Assembly (NCBI GenBank): GCA_036149055.1
Contig: JAYZQJ010000116.1
Coordinates: forward strand, 1 to 50,301
From: Myxococcota bacterium
GTDB taxonomy: Bacteria > Myxococcota_A > Polyangia > Polyangiales > Sandaracinaceae
DNA: 50,301 bases
Direction of reading: 5' to 3'
The position numbers were made by a program, and so were the translations under genes. How positions within the stretch are numbered: the stretch's first letter is position 1; each line of letters begins with the position of its first letter. Below, piece after piece: positions 9,217-18,516 of this stretch. The notes beneath the pieces were generated by a model. It ran no database searches, was not told the origin of the DNA, and saw only the letters and a program-made list of their open reading frames with translations.

Positions 9217-10052
9217 CGGTCCGGTGTAGCGCGCCTCGCCCGCGCGTGCTGCCCGTCGGGGACACGGTCGGGCGCGCGGTTGGGAGGCGGCGGCGCGAAG
9301 CCTTCTTCGCCTTCCGGGCGCACCGCGTCGGCGGGCGGGCGCTCCACGAAGCGCGGCATCGGGTCGAGCGCGCGGCCGCGGCGGCGCCACTCGAAGTGGA
9401 GGTGAGGGACGGCGGCTCGACCGGTGGCGCCGACCTCCGCCACCCCCTGCCCCCGCGCGACCCGCTGGCCCGGGGTCACCCAGATCGCCCGGCAGTGCGC
9501 GTAGAAGGTCGCCGTCGCGTCCGGGTGCAGCAGCACGAGCAGGTTGCCGTAGCCGCTGACGCCGTTGTCGGCGTAGACCACCAGGCCGTCGCGAGCCGCG
9601 CGGATGGTCTCGCCCTCCTCCGCGACGATGTCGACGCCGTCGTGCGGGCGATGGTTGATCTCGCGGCGGCGCACCCGGCCGAAGCCGCGGCTGAAGAGCC
9701 CGCGGGCGACCGGCCAGAGGAGATCGTCGCGCGGCGGAACCCCCTCGAGCGCCTCCATCCACGCGTCGTGAGGCCGCCCGATGCGGAGCCGATCGGCCGC
9801 CGATCGGGTGCCCACCTCGAGCGCCTCCGCGCGCGCCTCCTGCTCGGGCGTCGGCACCGGGACGCGCCGCGGCCCGTCGCACACCCGGGCGAGCGCGATC
9901 GCGCCGTCGCGGCCTCGCTCCCGGGCTCGGCACTCGTCGCCCTCGGACGGAGTGAACGCGCCCGGCCGCATCGGATCGGGCCGGAGCGGCGAGACCTGCG
10001 CCGAGGCGCCGGCGCTCCACGCGAGCAAGACGGCGACGAGCGCGCGCGTCAT
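9138..10052 (-). CDS. M23 family metallopeptidase
   Basis: Signal peptide; HDGVDI, GYGNLLVLLH, YAHC and PHLHFE (HxxxD/HxH) motifs. Confidence 0.92.
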   Translation of the reverse strand: MTRALVAVLLAWSAGASAQVSPLRPDPMRPGAFTPSEGDECRARERGRDGAIALARVCDGPRRVPVPTPEQEARAEALEVGTRSAADRLRIGRPHDAWMEALEGVPPRDDLLWPVARGLFSRGFGRVRRREINHRPHDGVDIVAEEGETIRAARDGLVVYADNGVSGYGNLLVLLHPDATATFYAHCRAIWVTPGQRVARGQGVAEVGATGRAAVPHLHFEWRRRGRALDPMPRFVERPPADAVRPEGEEGFAPPPPNRAPDRVPDGQHARARRATPDRWGRSARRRVAMASPRRSWAATSAPR

Positions 10053-10690
10053 CGCGAGAACGGGATCTCCGCGACCCGGTCGGCGCGATCGGCGGCCGCG
10101 ATCCACTCGACGAGATCGAAGACGAAGAGGAACGCGCCCTGGCTGATCTGCGCCGCCGCGTAGCCGCGCAGCGCCGCGCGATCGTCGGGCGCGTCGAGCT
10201 GATCGGCGAGGAAGAAGAGCAGCGCACCGGTGGCGACATAGAAGACGTCGAGCCCGAGGTTGAGCGCGAAGAGGGTGGCCGAGCCGTGCTGGGCGCGCAG
10301 GACCTCTTCGCGCGCCCGCGCGAGCTCCTCACCACGCATCGCGCGGTGCGCCTCGATCGACGCCGCGGCGCCTCCGCCCGGATCGAAGAGCGAGATCGAC
10401 AGCAGCGCGTTGATCGCGCCCCATCCGGCGCTCGCCAACCCGAACGACAGCCAGAACGGATCCTCATAGCCGACGCCCGCGACGATCCCGCCGCCGATCA
10501 CCGACACCGCGCCGCCCGAAAGCAGCGCGATCCCTGCGTGCACGCGCTCGTCGCGAAATCCCTCCTCGACGGTCGCGAGTCGCGCCGCGACGGGATCCGG
10601 CGAAGCGAGATCGATCATCTGCGCGCTCGTGAGCGCTGGACACATCGCGAAGATGCCCCACGTAAGGAAAGTGGCAGCGCGTAGGTCCAT
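10049..10690 (-). CDS. Hypothetical membrane protein
   Basis: Several TM helices and the motif LNLGLDVFYVATG; stop overlaps the M23 ATG (ATGA). Confidence 0.75.
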   Translation of the reverse strand: MDLRAATFLTWGIFAMCPALTSAQMIDLASPDPVAARLATVEEGFRDERVHAGIALLSGGAVSVIGGGIVAGVGYEDPFWLSFGLASAGWGAINALLSISLFDPGGGAAASIEAHRAMRGEELARAREEVLRAQHGSATLFALNLGLDVFYVATGALLFFLADQLDAPDDRAALRGYAAAQISQGAFLFVFDLVEWIAAADRADRVAEIPFSR

Positions 10691-10721
10691 GCGCGCTAGG
10701 GTATCAGCCGGTGTGGGAGTC

Positions 10722-11336
10722 ATGAGCGCAGCGACCAAGCAGGGATACCATCACGGCGCGCTGAGGAAGGCACTGATCGACGTCGCGGCGGACGTCGCAG
10801 CCACCGAAGGGCGCGAGAAACTCAGCCTCCGCAAGCTCGCCAAGCGAGTGGGGGTGACCCACGCGGCGGTCTACCGCCACTTCAAGAACAAGGACGCGCT
10901 GCTGTCCGCCGTCGCCGAGGAGGGCTTCGACGCCCTCGACGACGAGATGGAGGCGGCGCTCGCGAAGACGAAGGGGCTGTCGGCCAAGGCGCGCTTCCGT
11001 GCGCTCGGCGTCGCCTACGTCCGCTTCGCGATCCGTCAGCCGACGCTCTTCCACCTGATGTTCCGTCGAGAGACGGTGGTCGGTGAGGACGGCGGGCTCA
11101 CCCTGCCCATCCAGGCCAAGCGGCCGTTCATGCGGGTGGGCCTGCAGGTGGGCGCGATGCTCTCGGAGAGCGGCTCGGACCGGGACCCGAAGCTCACCAC
11201 CCTCGCGCTCTGGTCGGCGATGCACGGCTTCGCCACCCTCTGGATCCAGGGCCCGATGGTCGTGCAGAGCGGCGAGCGCGACGCCGAGCCGCTGGCCGAG
11301 CGGATCAGCGAGCTGCTCGAGGCCGTCGTCGGCTGA
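10722..11336 (+). CDS. TetR/AcrR family regulator (WHG-type C-terminus)
   Basis: YHHGALRKAL, LSLRKLAKRVGVTHAAVYRHF HTH and WSAMHGFATL. Confidence 0.95.
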   Translation: MSAATKQGYHHGALRKALIDVAADVAATEGREKLSLRKLAKRVGVTHAAVYRHFKNKDALLSAVAEEGFDALDDEMEAALAKTKGLSAKARFRALGVAYVRFAIRQPTLFHLMFRRETVVGEDGGLTLPIQAKRPFMRVGLQVGAMLSESGSDRDPKLTTLALWSAMHGFATLWIQGPMVVQSGERDAEPLAERISELLEAVVG

Positions 11337-11581
11337 GTTTTTCGGAGGGTTTGGTGCAAACCCTCCCCCCATTGGGCAAAGCGCCAATGGGGCCCCCCTC
11401 CCGACTCCGTCGGCGCTGCGCGCGAGCTGGCCGCCCGCTGCCGCGGGATCGAACACCGGTGGGGGTGGCGCGTGGGGCGACTTCGCTTCGCTCGTCGCCT
11501 GCCGTCGTCTCGGGTCAGTCGTCGCGGAGGCGGGCTTGGACTGCCCCCGCGCCATTGTTTGCCACCTCTTGAGTTTCGCGC
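11337..11581. repeat. Structured intergenic element (REP/MITE-like, copy 2) between convergent genes
   Basis: Perfect hairpins at 11344-11366 (10-bp stem) and 11367-11392 (9-bp stem), then the 42-nt block shared with 227-268. Confidence 0.7.
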
Positions 11582-13462
11582 TCACGGGATCGCGAAGACC
11601 GCCGCGCCCACCGCGCCCAGGTCGACGGGCGCGGCGAAGAACGTGACCTCGCCCCGGCCGGTGCCGGCGACGAAGAAGCGGCCGCGGGCTTCGTCCCAAG
11701 CGACCGCGTTCACGTCGAAGCGCCCGGGGAAGTGACGCAGCGCGGAGACCGGCGCGCCGTCGGCGAGGTCGAGCTCCGCGAACCAGCCGCCCTCGGTCAC
11801 GGTCTCGCCGAGGAGCGTCCCGTCGCCGACCACCCCGCCGCCGACCCCGAGCGTGCCGCGACCGGACAGGGCGAGCCGCGCCACGCGGTCGTCGACCGCG
11901 CTGCCGATCACCTCGAGCCAGACGAGGGCCCCGGCGGGATCGAAGAGCGCGACGAAGGCGTCCTCCATGCCGGCGCCGGGTCGCTCCTCGTCACCGAGCC
12001 GGACCACGCCGCTCGAGAAGCCCACCACCGCCAGCGCGCCGTCCTCGGTGAGCTCGACGTCCACCACGCGCGAGCCGGCGTCCCCGAGGATCACCTGGTG
12101 CCAGAGGTGCACGCCCTCGAGGTCGTAACAGACGACGAGCGCCGCCGTGCGCCCGGCCGGGATGAGGCTGCCGCCGCCCTCGTAGGTGACCGTGCCGCTG
12201 ACCCGCCCGCCGAAGCACGCGCGGTCCGGGCCGAGCGCGGCCGCGTTCATCGCGGTGTTGGAGCCGCCCGACACCGGGTAGGCGAAGCGCGCGGCCCCGC
12301 CCTCGACCAGCGCGACGAAGCCGTCGTCGAGGCTCGCCGGTGGGAGCGTCACGTCGTGCACCGCGAGGTTGGCGCCGTAGAGCCCGGCGATCGCGGTCCG
12401 GCCGTCCCGCGTCTCCACCCCGCGCCCCTGCGCGTTGGCCCGGTCCCCGGCGAAGAAGAGCGGGACGTCGGGGGTTCCGTCGGCGGCGACCAGAGCGGTC
12501 ACCGGCTCCTGCCTCGCGCCGGTGTCGTAGGAGGGCCCGCCGAAGGTGGAGATCCCGCTGAGCGCGCCGGTCACCACGACCGCGCCGTCGGGCCCGGCCG
12601 TCAGATCGCGGGGGCTCGAGTAGTGGGTGCTGTCCACCCGCGTGTGCCAGCGGAGCGCGCCCTCCGCGTCGAACGCCAGGAGCAGCAGCTGCTCGCCCGT
12701 CGCGCCCTCGAGCGGCGCGTCGTCGACGGTGAGCGAGCCGTGCTGCCCGGTCGCGATCACCGGCCCGCCCTCCGAGGTGGCGAGGCCGTAGACCTGACAC
12801 TGCTCGTCGGAGCGGGCGACGGCGACCCACGGCCCTTCCCCGCAGGCGCCTCCGTCACAGCGGGAAGGCGCCTCGCGGCAGCCGGCGGAGGGATCACAGT
12901 AGAAGCCGTCGGCGCAGCCGTCACCGGCGGCGAAGCAGACCCGGTCGACGCAGCGGGCGCTCGCGCAGTCGGCCCGCGGCGGCCCGCACTCGGCGTCGGC
13001 GCCGCAGCCCGCCTCGCAGTCCTCCTCGACGCCGGTCAGGCAGCGCGCGTCCTGGCAGCGACCGCCGACGCAGCGCTCTCCCTCGCCGCAGGCCACGCCC
13101 GCGCAGCCGCGCTCGACCACGATCGTGTGGACCCGGTCGGCGCGGTTGTCGACCACGGCGCGGGTCTCCGCCACCAGCGCGTCACCCGGCCCGTAGAGGC
13201 GCACGTCGACCGCCCGCCCCCGCGCCGGCGACAGGCCGGTCAGCGAGGCGAGCCGCAGGCTCCGCTCGATCGGAGGCGCCTGCAGGTCATCCCAGCGCTG
13301 CTCGCCCGAGGCGCCCTCGGCGACGACCTCGGCGCGGAGGATCTCCGCCCCCGGGACGTAGTCGGTGCGCAGGTCGATCGTCAGCGAGACGCCGCTTTCG
13401 CAGCCCATCGAGCAGAGCGCGACGAACGAGAACAGCAGAGCGCGCATCGACGGACGGACCAT
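11582..13462 (-). CDS. Cys-rich lipoprotein with C-terminal beta-propeller-like repeats
   Basis: Lipobox SMGC, a Cys-rich central region and repeated DAFVA.FD..G.L.W propeller-type motifs. Confidence 0.75.
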   Translation of the reverse strand: MVRPSMRALLFSFVALCSMGCESGVSLTIDLRTDYVPGAEILRAEVVAEGASGEQRWDDLQAPPIERSLRLASLTGLSPARGRAVDVRLYGPGDALVAETRAVVDNRADRVHTIVVERGCAGVACGEGERCVGGRCQDARCLTGVEEDCEAGCGADAECGPPRADCASARCVDRVCFAAGDGCADGFYCDPSAGCREAPSRCDGGACGEGPWVAVARSDEQCQVYGLATSEGGPVIATGQHGSLTVDDAPLEGATGEQLLLLAFDAEGALRWHTRVDSTHYSSPRDLTAGPDGAVVVTGALSGISTFGGPSYDTGARQEPVTALVAADGTPDVPLFFAGDRANAQGRGVETRDGRTAIAGLYGANLAVHDVTLPPASLDDGFVALVEGGAARFAYPVSGGSNTAMNAAALGPDRACFGGRVSGTVTYEGGGSLIPAGRTAALVVCYDLEGVHLWHQVILGDAGSRVVDVELTEDGALAVVGFSSGVVRLGDEERPGAGMEDAFVALFDPAGALVWLEVIGSAVDDRVARLALSGRGTLGVGGGVVGDGTLLGETVTEGGWFAELDLADGAPVSALRHFPGRFDVNAVAWDEARGRFFVAGTGRGEVTFFAAPVDLGAVGAAVFAIP

Positions 13463-13481
13463 AGCCGTTCGAGGCGTTCCG

Positions 13482-14615
13482 TCACACCATCTGCTCCGGC
13501 GCCGAGGGCGCGTCCTTGCCGCGGGTGAAGCCGCTGGCGAGGTCGAAGCGGGTCGCGAGGTAGAGCGCGAGCAGGATCAGCGCGAGCACGCCGAGGATCG
13601 CCCAGGTCGAGATCACGGTCTGGGTGTAGGTGCCGCCGCGGCCGGGCGCGGGCACCTCGACCGGCGCCTCCGGCAGGCCGTGGGCCCGCGCGAGGTCGCG
13701 GATGTGGCTGATGTGGAGCACGGGCACGCCGCGCTCCAGGTAGGTGCGCATCACCGACGCCCGCTCGAGCCCGCGCGGGACCTCGGTGTTCAGCCCGGGG
13801 CGGTAGTCGCGCTTGTCGGCCGCGGTGCCCACCGACGCGGTGCCGCCGCCGATGTTCACGTAGGCCGCGACCGGGCGCTGCCCGCGCGCCTGATCGAAGA
13901 GGTCGAGCCGCATCTGCACCGCCTCCTCGAAGCTCGCCGGCGACATCAGCGGCCGGCCGCTCCGCTCGACCGCGGCGAGGAGCGCGGCGCGCCCCTCCTC
14001 GGTGTGATCGCGGGCCACGTCGAGCACGCCGCCGAGGGTGACGGCGCGGCTCCGGAAGTGGACCAGGTCGCGCTCGTGCAGCACCCGCTCCATGTCGAGC
14101 CAGGTGAGCTCCGGGTGGGTCGCGCCGTACTCGGACGAGGCGACGCTGCTGACGATGAGCGGCTGCACGCCGAGGGTCTCGAAGGCCGCCATCATCGACA
14201 GGTTCATCGCCGGGAACGAGCCGGTCATGTTGGCGGCGACCACGTCGCCCTCGCGCACCCCCGCCTCGTGCAGCAGCTGCACGAAGACGGCGGCGAAGTT
14301 CGGGTTCGCGGTGGTCTGCTTGGCGCCGAGGTGACCTTCGTTCGAGACGATGGGCGAGTGCGCCGGCCCGATGAGGCCGCTGCCGGCTGGATCGAGCTCG
14401 GGGTCGAGCGGGATCTGCCGCCGGATGCGCTCGACCTGCACCGCGCGGAAGGCGCGCTCGGCGAGCCGGGCCGCCTCGAGCTTCTCCACGTGGTGCGGGT
14501 CCGGCTGCTCGGTCGGGTTGAGCTCCAGGGCCATGAGCCCGCCGGCCGCGAGCAGCGCGACGACCACGAGCTGCGGGGTCGAGACCCGGTTGCTGCGCCA
14601 GTAGAGGGCCTGCAT
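13482..14615 (-). CDS. pgsW: Poly-gamma-glutamate system protein PgsW
   Basis: GLIGP..S.I....G.L.AKQTTANPNFAA, TGSFPAMN, SSVASSEYGAT and YVNIGGGTASVG motifs. Coupled (TGATG) to pgsC. Confidence 0.85.
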   Translation of the reverse strand: MQALYWRSNRVSTPQLVVVALLAAGGLMALELNPTEQPDPHHVEKLEAARLAERAFRAVQVERIRRQIPLDPELDPAGSGLIGPAHSPIVSNEGHLGAKQTTANPNFAAVFVQLLHEAGVREGDVVAANMTGSFPAMNLSMMAAFETLGVQPLIVSSVASSEYGATHPELTWLDMERVLHERDLVHFRSRAVTLGGVLDVARDHTEEGRAALLAAVERSGRPLMSPASFEEAVQMRLDLFDQARGQRPVAAYVNIGGGTASVGTAADKRDYRPGLNTEVPRGLERASVMRTYLERGVPVLHISHIRDLARAHGLPEAPVEVPAPGRGGTYTQTVISTWAILGVLALILLALYLATRFDLASGFTRGKDAPSAPEQMV

Positions 14616-15094
14616 CACGCGCCTCCGAGAGCGAGAGGGCCGACGACGACGAGGAGCACCAGCCGGACGAGCACCGCGGCGATGGTGAGCGAGGCGGCGG
14701 TCGGGACCACGCCCTGCCGATCGAACCAGATCGCGATGAGCCCGGGGATGATGTAGCCGATGACGCTCGCGTCGGTGTCCTCGACCTCGAGGAGCTGGGG
14801 CAGCGCCTCCACCCGCGAGAGCCAGGCCCCGAGCGCGAACGCGATCAGGATCGTGATCGCGGTGCGGCGCCGGCCGTAGACGATGACGAGCTGCGCCGGG
14901 ATCTTGGTCAGCGCGTAGGCAGCCAGCGCGACGAGCAGGGTCACGGCGAGCGGGTACGGGCGGTCGAGGTAGAGCGCGATGTAGCCGGGCACGACCACGC
15001 CGCCCGCCGCGAGGCCGTAGACCTCGGAGAAGACGAAGCTCACGACGATCCCGATCGCGATCGAGACGACGATCAGCTCGGGGCCCGCCATCAT
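14615..15094 (-). CDS. pgsC: Poly-gamma-glutamate biosynthesis protein PgsC/CapC
   Basis: IGIVVSFVFSEVYGLAAGGVVVPGYIALY, YGRRR and IGYIIPGLIAIWFDRQG are CapC signatures. Confidence 0.93.
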   Translation of the reverse strand: MMAGPELIVVSIAIGIVVSFVFSEVYGLAAGGVVVPGYIALYLDRPYPLAVTLLVALAAYALTKIPAQLVIVYGRRRTAITILIAFALGAWLSRVEALPQLLEVEDTDASVIGYIIPGLIAIWFDRQGVVPTAASLTIAAVLVRLVLLVVVGPLALGGA

Positions 15095-16296
15095 CGGGCC
15101 TCCTCGCGCCAGACGCCGCGCGCGCGGTTGCGGAAGAGGCGCACCAGGTCGAGCCCGAGGCCGCCGATGTTGCCGAGGCCGACCAGGAGCGTGCGCCGGC
15201 CGCAGCCGTCGACGAGCCGCTCGAAGACCTCGCGCGCGTCGGCCCCCTCGACGCTGACGATCCGGGAGGCGTCGTAGCCGGCGGCCGCCGCCGCGCGCCC
15301 GAAGAACACGGTGCCGGTGCCGACCGCGAGCACCCGGTCGGGCGCGGACCAGCCGGGCAGCGACTCCCCGAGCTGACGCGATCGGTCGGCGCGGTCCACG
15401 CGGCAGTTGAAGACGCACACCCGGCGGTGCTCGGGATAGAGCGCGAGGGCCGTCTCCCAGATCTGGGCGCTCGACACCGGGTCGTTGGCCGCGAAGGCGT
15501 TCACGAAGACGATCTCCCGCCCGAAGAAGTCGAGCTCGTGGAAGGTGAGCGCGCCCGGATCGGGGTGCGCGCCCTGCATGCCGGAGAGGGCGGTCTCCTC
15601 GTCCACCCCGAGCGCCGCGCACACCCGCAGCGCGAGCGCGACGTTCTCGCGGTGCTCGTGGTAGCGGAAGCCGGCCATCGCCTCGTCGCTCAGCGCCGCG
15701 CCCGCCTCCTCCTCCACCGCGATCAGCTCCGTGCCGCGGTCGGCGGCCGCGTGCGCGAGGATCGGCAGCCGCTCCCGCTCGGCGGTGAAGCAGAGGGCGC
15801 GCCGGGGCATCATGCCGCTGAGCGCCTTGGCGACGTCGTCCCCGGTCGGGCCCATCACGTCGAGGTGATCGGGGCGCGCGTTGGTGATGACGCCGTGGGT
15901 GGCCTGCACGAACATGCGCTCACTGAGCCATTGCAAGATGGGCTGCAGCGCCATGCACTCGACCACCAGCACCTCGGCCTCGAGCGCGGCGGCGAAGCGC
16001 ACGATGCGGATCTGCTCGCGCACGTTCGCGCCGAGCGGTCGATACACGCTCAGCTCGCGCGCGTTGGGCAGGATCACCCGGGCGAGCGTCCCGGTGGTCT
16101 TCGCGACCGCGCGCTTGCCGCCCGCGCGCAGTCCCGCGGCCACCAGCCGGGTCACGCTGCTCTTGCCCCGCGTGCCGTTGACGTGCACCCGCACGGGGAT
16201 GCGCGCGAGCGCGCGGCGGTGGCGGAGGACCTCGAGCGCGAGCCAGCCGAGCACCAAGACGGCGAGCCCGGTGAGGATCTCGGCGGCGTGCGTCAC
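15091..16296 (-). CDS. pgsB: Poly-gamma-glutamate synthase PgsB/CapB (Mur-ligase fold)
   Basis: RVHVNGTRGKSSVTRL, AKTTGT, ECMALQP, ITNARPDHLDVMGP, PDPGAL and NAFAANDP motifs. Confidence 0.95.
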   Translation of the reverse strand: MTHAAEILTGLAVLVLGWLALEVLRHRRALARIPVRVHVNGTRGKSSVTRLVAAGLRAGGKRAVAKTTGTLARVILPNARELSVYRPLGANVREQIRIVRFAAALEAEVLVVECMALQPILQWLSERMFVQATHGVITNARPDHLDVMGPTGDDVAKALSGMMPRRALCFTAERERLPILAHAAADRGTELIAVEEEAGAALSDEAMAGFRYHEHRENVALALRVCAALGVDEETALSGMQGAHPDPGALTFHELDFFGREIVFVNAFAANDPVSSAQIWETALALYPEHRRVCVFNCRVDRADRSRQLGESLPGWSAPDRVLAVGTGTVFFGRAAAAAGYDASRIVSVEGADAREVFERLVDGCGRRTLLVGLGNIGGLGLDLVRLFRNRARGVWREEAR

Positions 16297-17315
16297 TCGG
16301 CCGCCTCGGTGACCACGATCCAGGTGCCGGCCGGGAGCGAGACCGGCGGACGCTCACGCCACCGGAGGCGCTCGGCCGGGATCTGGAAGCGGGACGCGAG
16401 GAACCGGGTGAGCCCGTCACGCTCCGCGAACCCCGCGCCCGGCGTGCCGACGGTGGCGAGCGAGACCGCGGCGTGGCGATAGCCGCGGACGAGCCCGCGC
16501 AGGTCGTCGAGGGTGTCGCCGCGCCCGCGCCACGATCGCTCCTCGAAGCGGAGCGCGTCGTCGAGCCGGACGGCGACCGAGCGGCCCTGCACCCGGGCGC
16601 GCTCACCGAGGCGGGCGCGGGCGTCGCGGGCGAAGGCGTGGGCCTCGGCGTCGGGCGGCGGAGGCTCGCCGGTGATCGGGGCGAGCAGCGCCTCGGCCTC
16701 GCGGACGAGCTCGGCGGCGTGGCCCGGCGTGCCCTCGGCGAGCGCGCGGTCGGCCTCGATCAGGCGCGTCTGCACGCCCTCGACGACCACCCGGTGCTCG
16801 CCCTCCGGCTCGAGCGACGCGATCGCCGCGGCGAGGGCCGCGAGGCGCGCGGTGAGCGGGCTCTCCGGCGCGTCCTCGGTCGGCGCGGTCGGCGCGGGCT
16901 CGGGCGGCGGCGTGGGGCTCGCGCTGGCGACGCGGGTCCGTCGACGCGGCGGCGGCTCCGGATCGGGCTCCGGCTCCGGGGGCGGCTCCTCTTCTTCCGC
17001 CGGGCGCGCCGCCTCGGCCTCGGCCGCCTCGAGCCGCACGAGCAGCTCCGAGGCCGACAGCAAGGTGAGCTGCGCGAGGGCCGCCAGCTCCTGCGCCGTC
17101 TCGTGATCGCCGCGGGCCGCGTGATCCCGCGCGAGCCGATCGAGTCGCACCACCGCCTCGGCGACCTCAGGCGCGTCCGCGTGGACCCGATTCAGACGCT
17201 GACGCTGAATCTCCGGCAGGAGCCGCGGCGCCGGTCGCGCCGTCTCCGACCGGGGCGCGGCCGCGCACGCCGAGAGCGCGAGCGCGACGAGGACGAGGGC
17301 ACTTCGTACGTCCAT
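16293..17315 (-). CDS. Lipoprotein with helical N-domain, Pro-rich linker and degenerate OmpA-C-like domain
   Basis: Lipobox LSAC. The C-terminus VAVRLDDALRF...LVRGY...FLASRFQIPAERL echoes the OmpA/MotB C domain. Stop overlaps the pgsB GTG. Confidence 0.6.
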   Translation of the reverse strand: MDVRSALVLVALALSACAAAPRSETARPAPRLLPEIQRQRLNRVHADAPEVAEAVVRLDRLARDHAARGDHETAQELAALAQLTLLSASELLVRLEAAEAEAARPAEEEEPPPEPEPDPEPPPRRRTRVASASPTPPPEPAPTAPTEDAPESPLTARLAALAAAIASLEPEGEHRVVVEGVQTRLIEADRALAEGTPGHAAELVREAEALLAPITGEPPPPDAEAHAFARDARARLGERARVQGRSVAVRLDDALRFEERSWRGRGDTLDDLRGLVRGYRHAAVSLATVGTPGAGFAERDGLTRFLASRFQIPAERLRWRERPPVSLPAGTWIVVTEAAE

Positions 17316-17437
17316 CGAGGTCGTTCGCGCTACCACGCGCGGGGCCCGTGTTCAAAGGCTTCACGCCCGCGTCACGCGAAAGACATGCTTCCGTACAACG
17401 ACGCGCGCTCTCGTCCGCTCCTGCCGGATGCAGACGT

Positions 17438-18466
17438 TCACTCGCAGCTGACGCGACGGAAGGTGTAGGGCTCGTCGATGTCGAAGGCGCCGTCGTTGTT
17501 GATCGCGTCGAAGACCTCGCGCATCACGTCGACCGAGCCGGAGAAGTTGTCGGGGGCGTACTGGGTGTCGCGGTTGGGGCAGTCCGCGCGCACGAGCCGC
17601 GCCCGGCTGGACCCGAAGGTCATGCGCCGCCCGTCGAAGTGACCGCGCGCCCGCATGCGCCAGGTGTGGTCCATGCCGAACGCGGTGCACTCGCCCGGCA
17701 CCGGGGTGCCGGCGGAGCCCGACCAGATCCGGCCGGTGATCGTGCCGGTGAGCGCGTTGGTGTCGGCGTCGCGCGAGACGTCGAGCATGAAGCGCACCCA
17801 GGTGCGATCGCCGGAGCGGTACTTCTGGGAGCGCCACGTCCCGGCCACCGGATCCTGGCAGGCGCCGCCTCCGGGGAGGAGCGCGCGGCGCGCGGTGACG
17901 GTCGTCCCGCCGAGCCCGGCCGCGCCGAGGATGAGCGCCGCCGGATCGCCCGCCTGCGTGCCCGCGGTGGTGCCCTCGTCCCCCGTGCCCCCGGACTCGA
18001 GGGCCTCGCCCGGCGCCTCGTCGTCGCCGGCGACGTCGGTCGAGTCGCCCGTCTGCGGCAGCGCCCGCGCCACCCGCTCCCGGCCTCGAGCGGCCTGCGG
18101 CTCCGGCTCCGGCTCGGAGGCGCCGTCCTCGGGCGCGCGCGTGCGCTCCGCGCCCTGACCCAGGTCCACGGTGAGCTCGCCCTCGAGCCGGGCCCCGGCG
18201 CTCCGCTCGTTCGGTCGCTGCGGCTCGACGTGCGCCGACGCCTGCCCCCGGAAGCCCTCGCCCGGCAGCGCCCCGGTCGCCGGCGCGTCGCGCGGGCCGC
18301 GGACCTCGAGCTCGATCGAGCGCCCGCCGAAGCCGTCTCCGGTGGGCGCGCCGCGCCCCAGCCTCAGCGCGCCCGCGCCCCACACGCCGAAGGTGACCCA
18401 CAGGATGATCGCGTGGGCGACGATCGACACCACGACCCACGGCCAGACGGGCGGCTTCAGCGGCAT
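17438..18466 (-). CDS. Hypothetical bitopic protein (N-terminal TM, acidic/Pro linker, Cys-containing C-domain)
   Basis: VVSIVAHAIIL TM segment (TonB-like SxxxH), low-complexity linker and a globular C-terminus with 4 Cys. Confidence 0.7.
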   Translation of the reverse strand: MPLKPPVWPWVVVSIVAHAIILWVTFGVWGAGALRLGRGAPTGDGFGGRSIELEVRGPRDAPATGALPGEGFRGQASAHVEPQRPNERSAGARLEGELTVDLGQGAERTRAPEDGASEPEPEPQAARGRERVARALPQTGDSTDVAGDDEAPGEALESGGTGDEGTTAGTQAGDPAALILGAAGLGGTTVTARRALLPGGGACQDPVAGTWRSQKYRSGDRTWVRFMLDVSRDADTNALTGTITGRIWSGSAGTPVPGECTAFGMDHTWRMRARGHFDGRRMTFGSSRARLVRADCPNRDTQYAPDNFSGSVDVMREVFDAINNDGAFDIDEPYTFRRVSCE

Positions 18467-18516
18467 CTCGGCGCGGGCGGGCACGGCCGGAGTCTGCGGC
18501 GTCGTGACGGCCTCCG

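Noticed and set aside
5779..9405. Very long Arg/Ala/Gly-rich ORFs (also 2434-4746, 19624-23130, 37945-40569, 44439-46853, 46668-48959)
   Set aside because: Off-frame or antisense shadows of real genes, expected at this GC content; no recognisable motifs.
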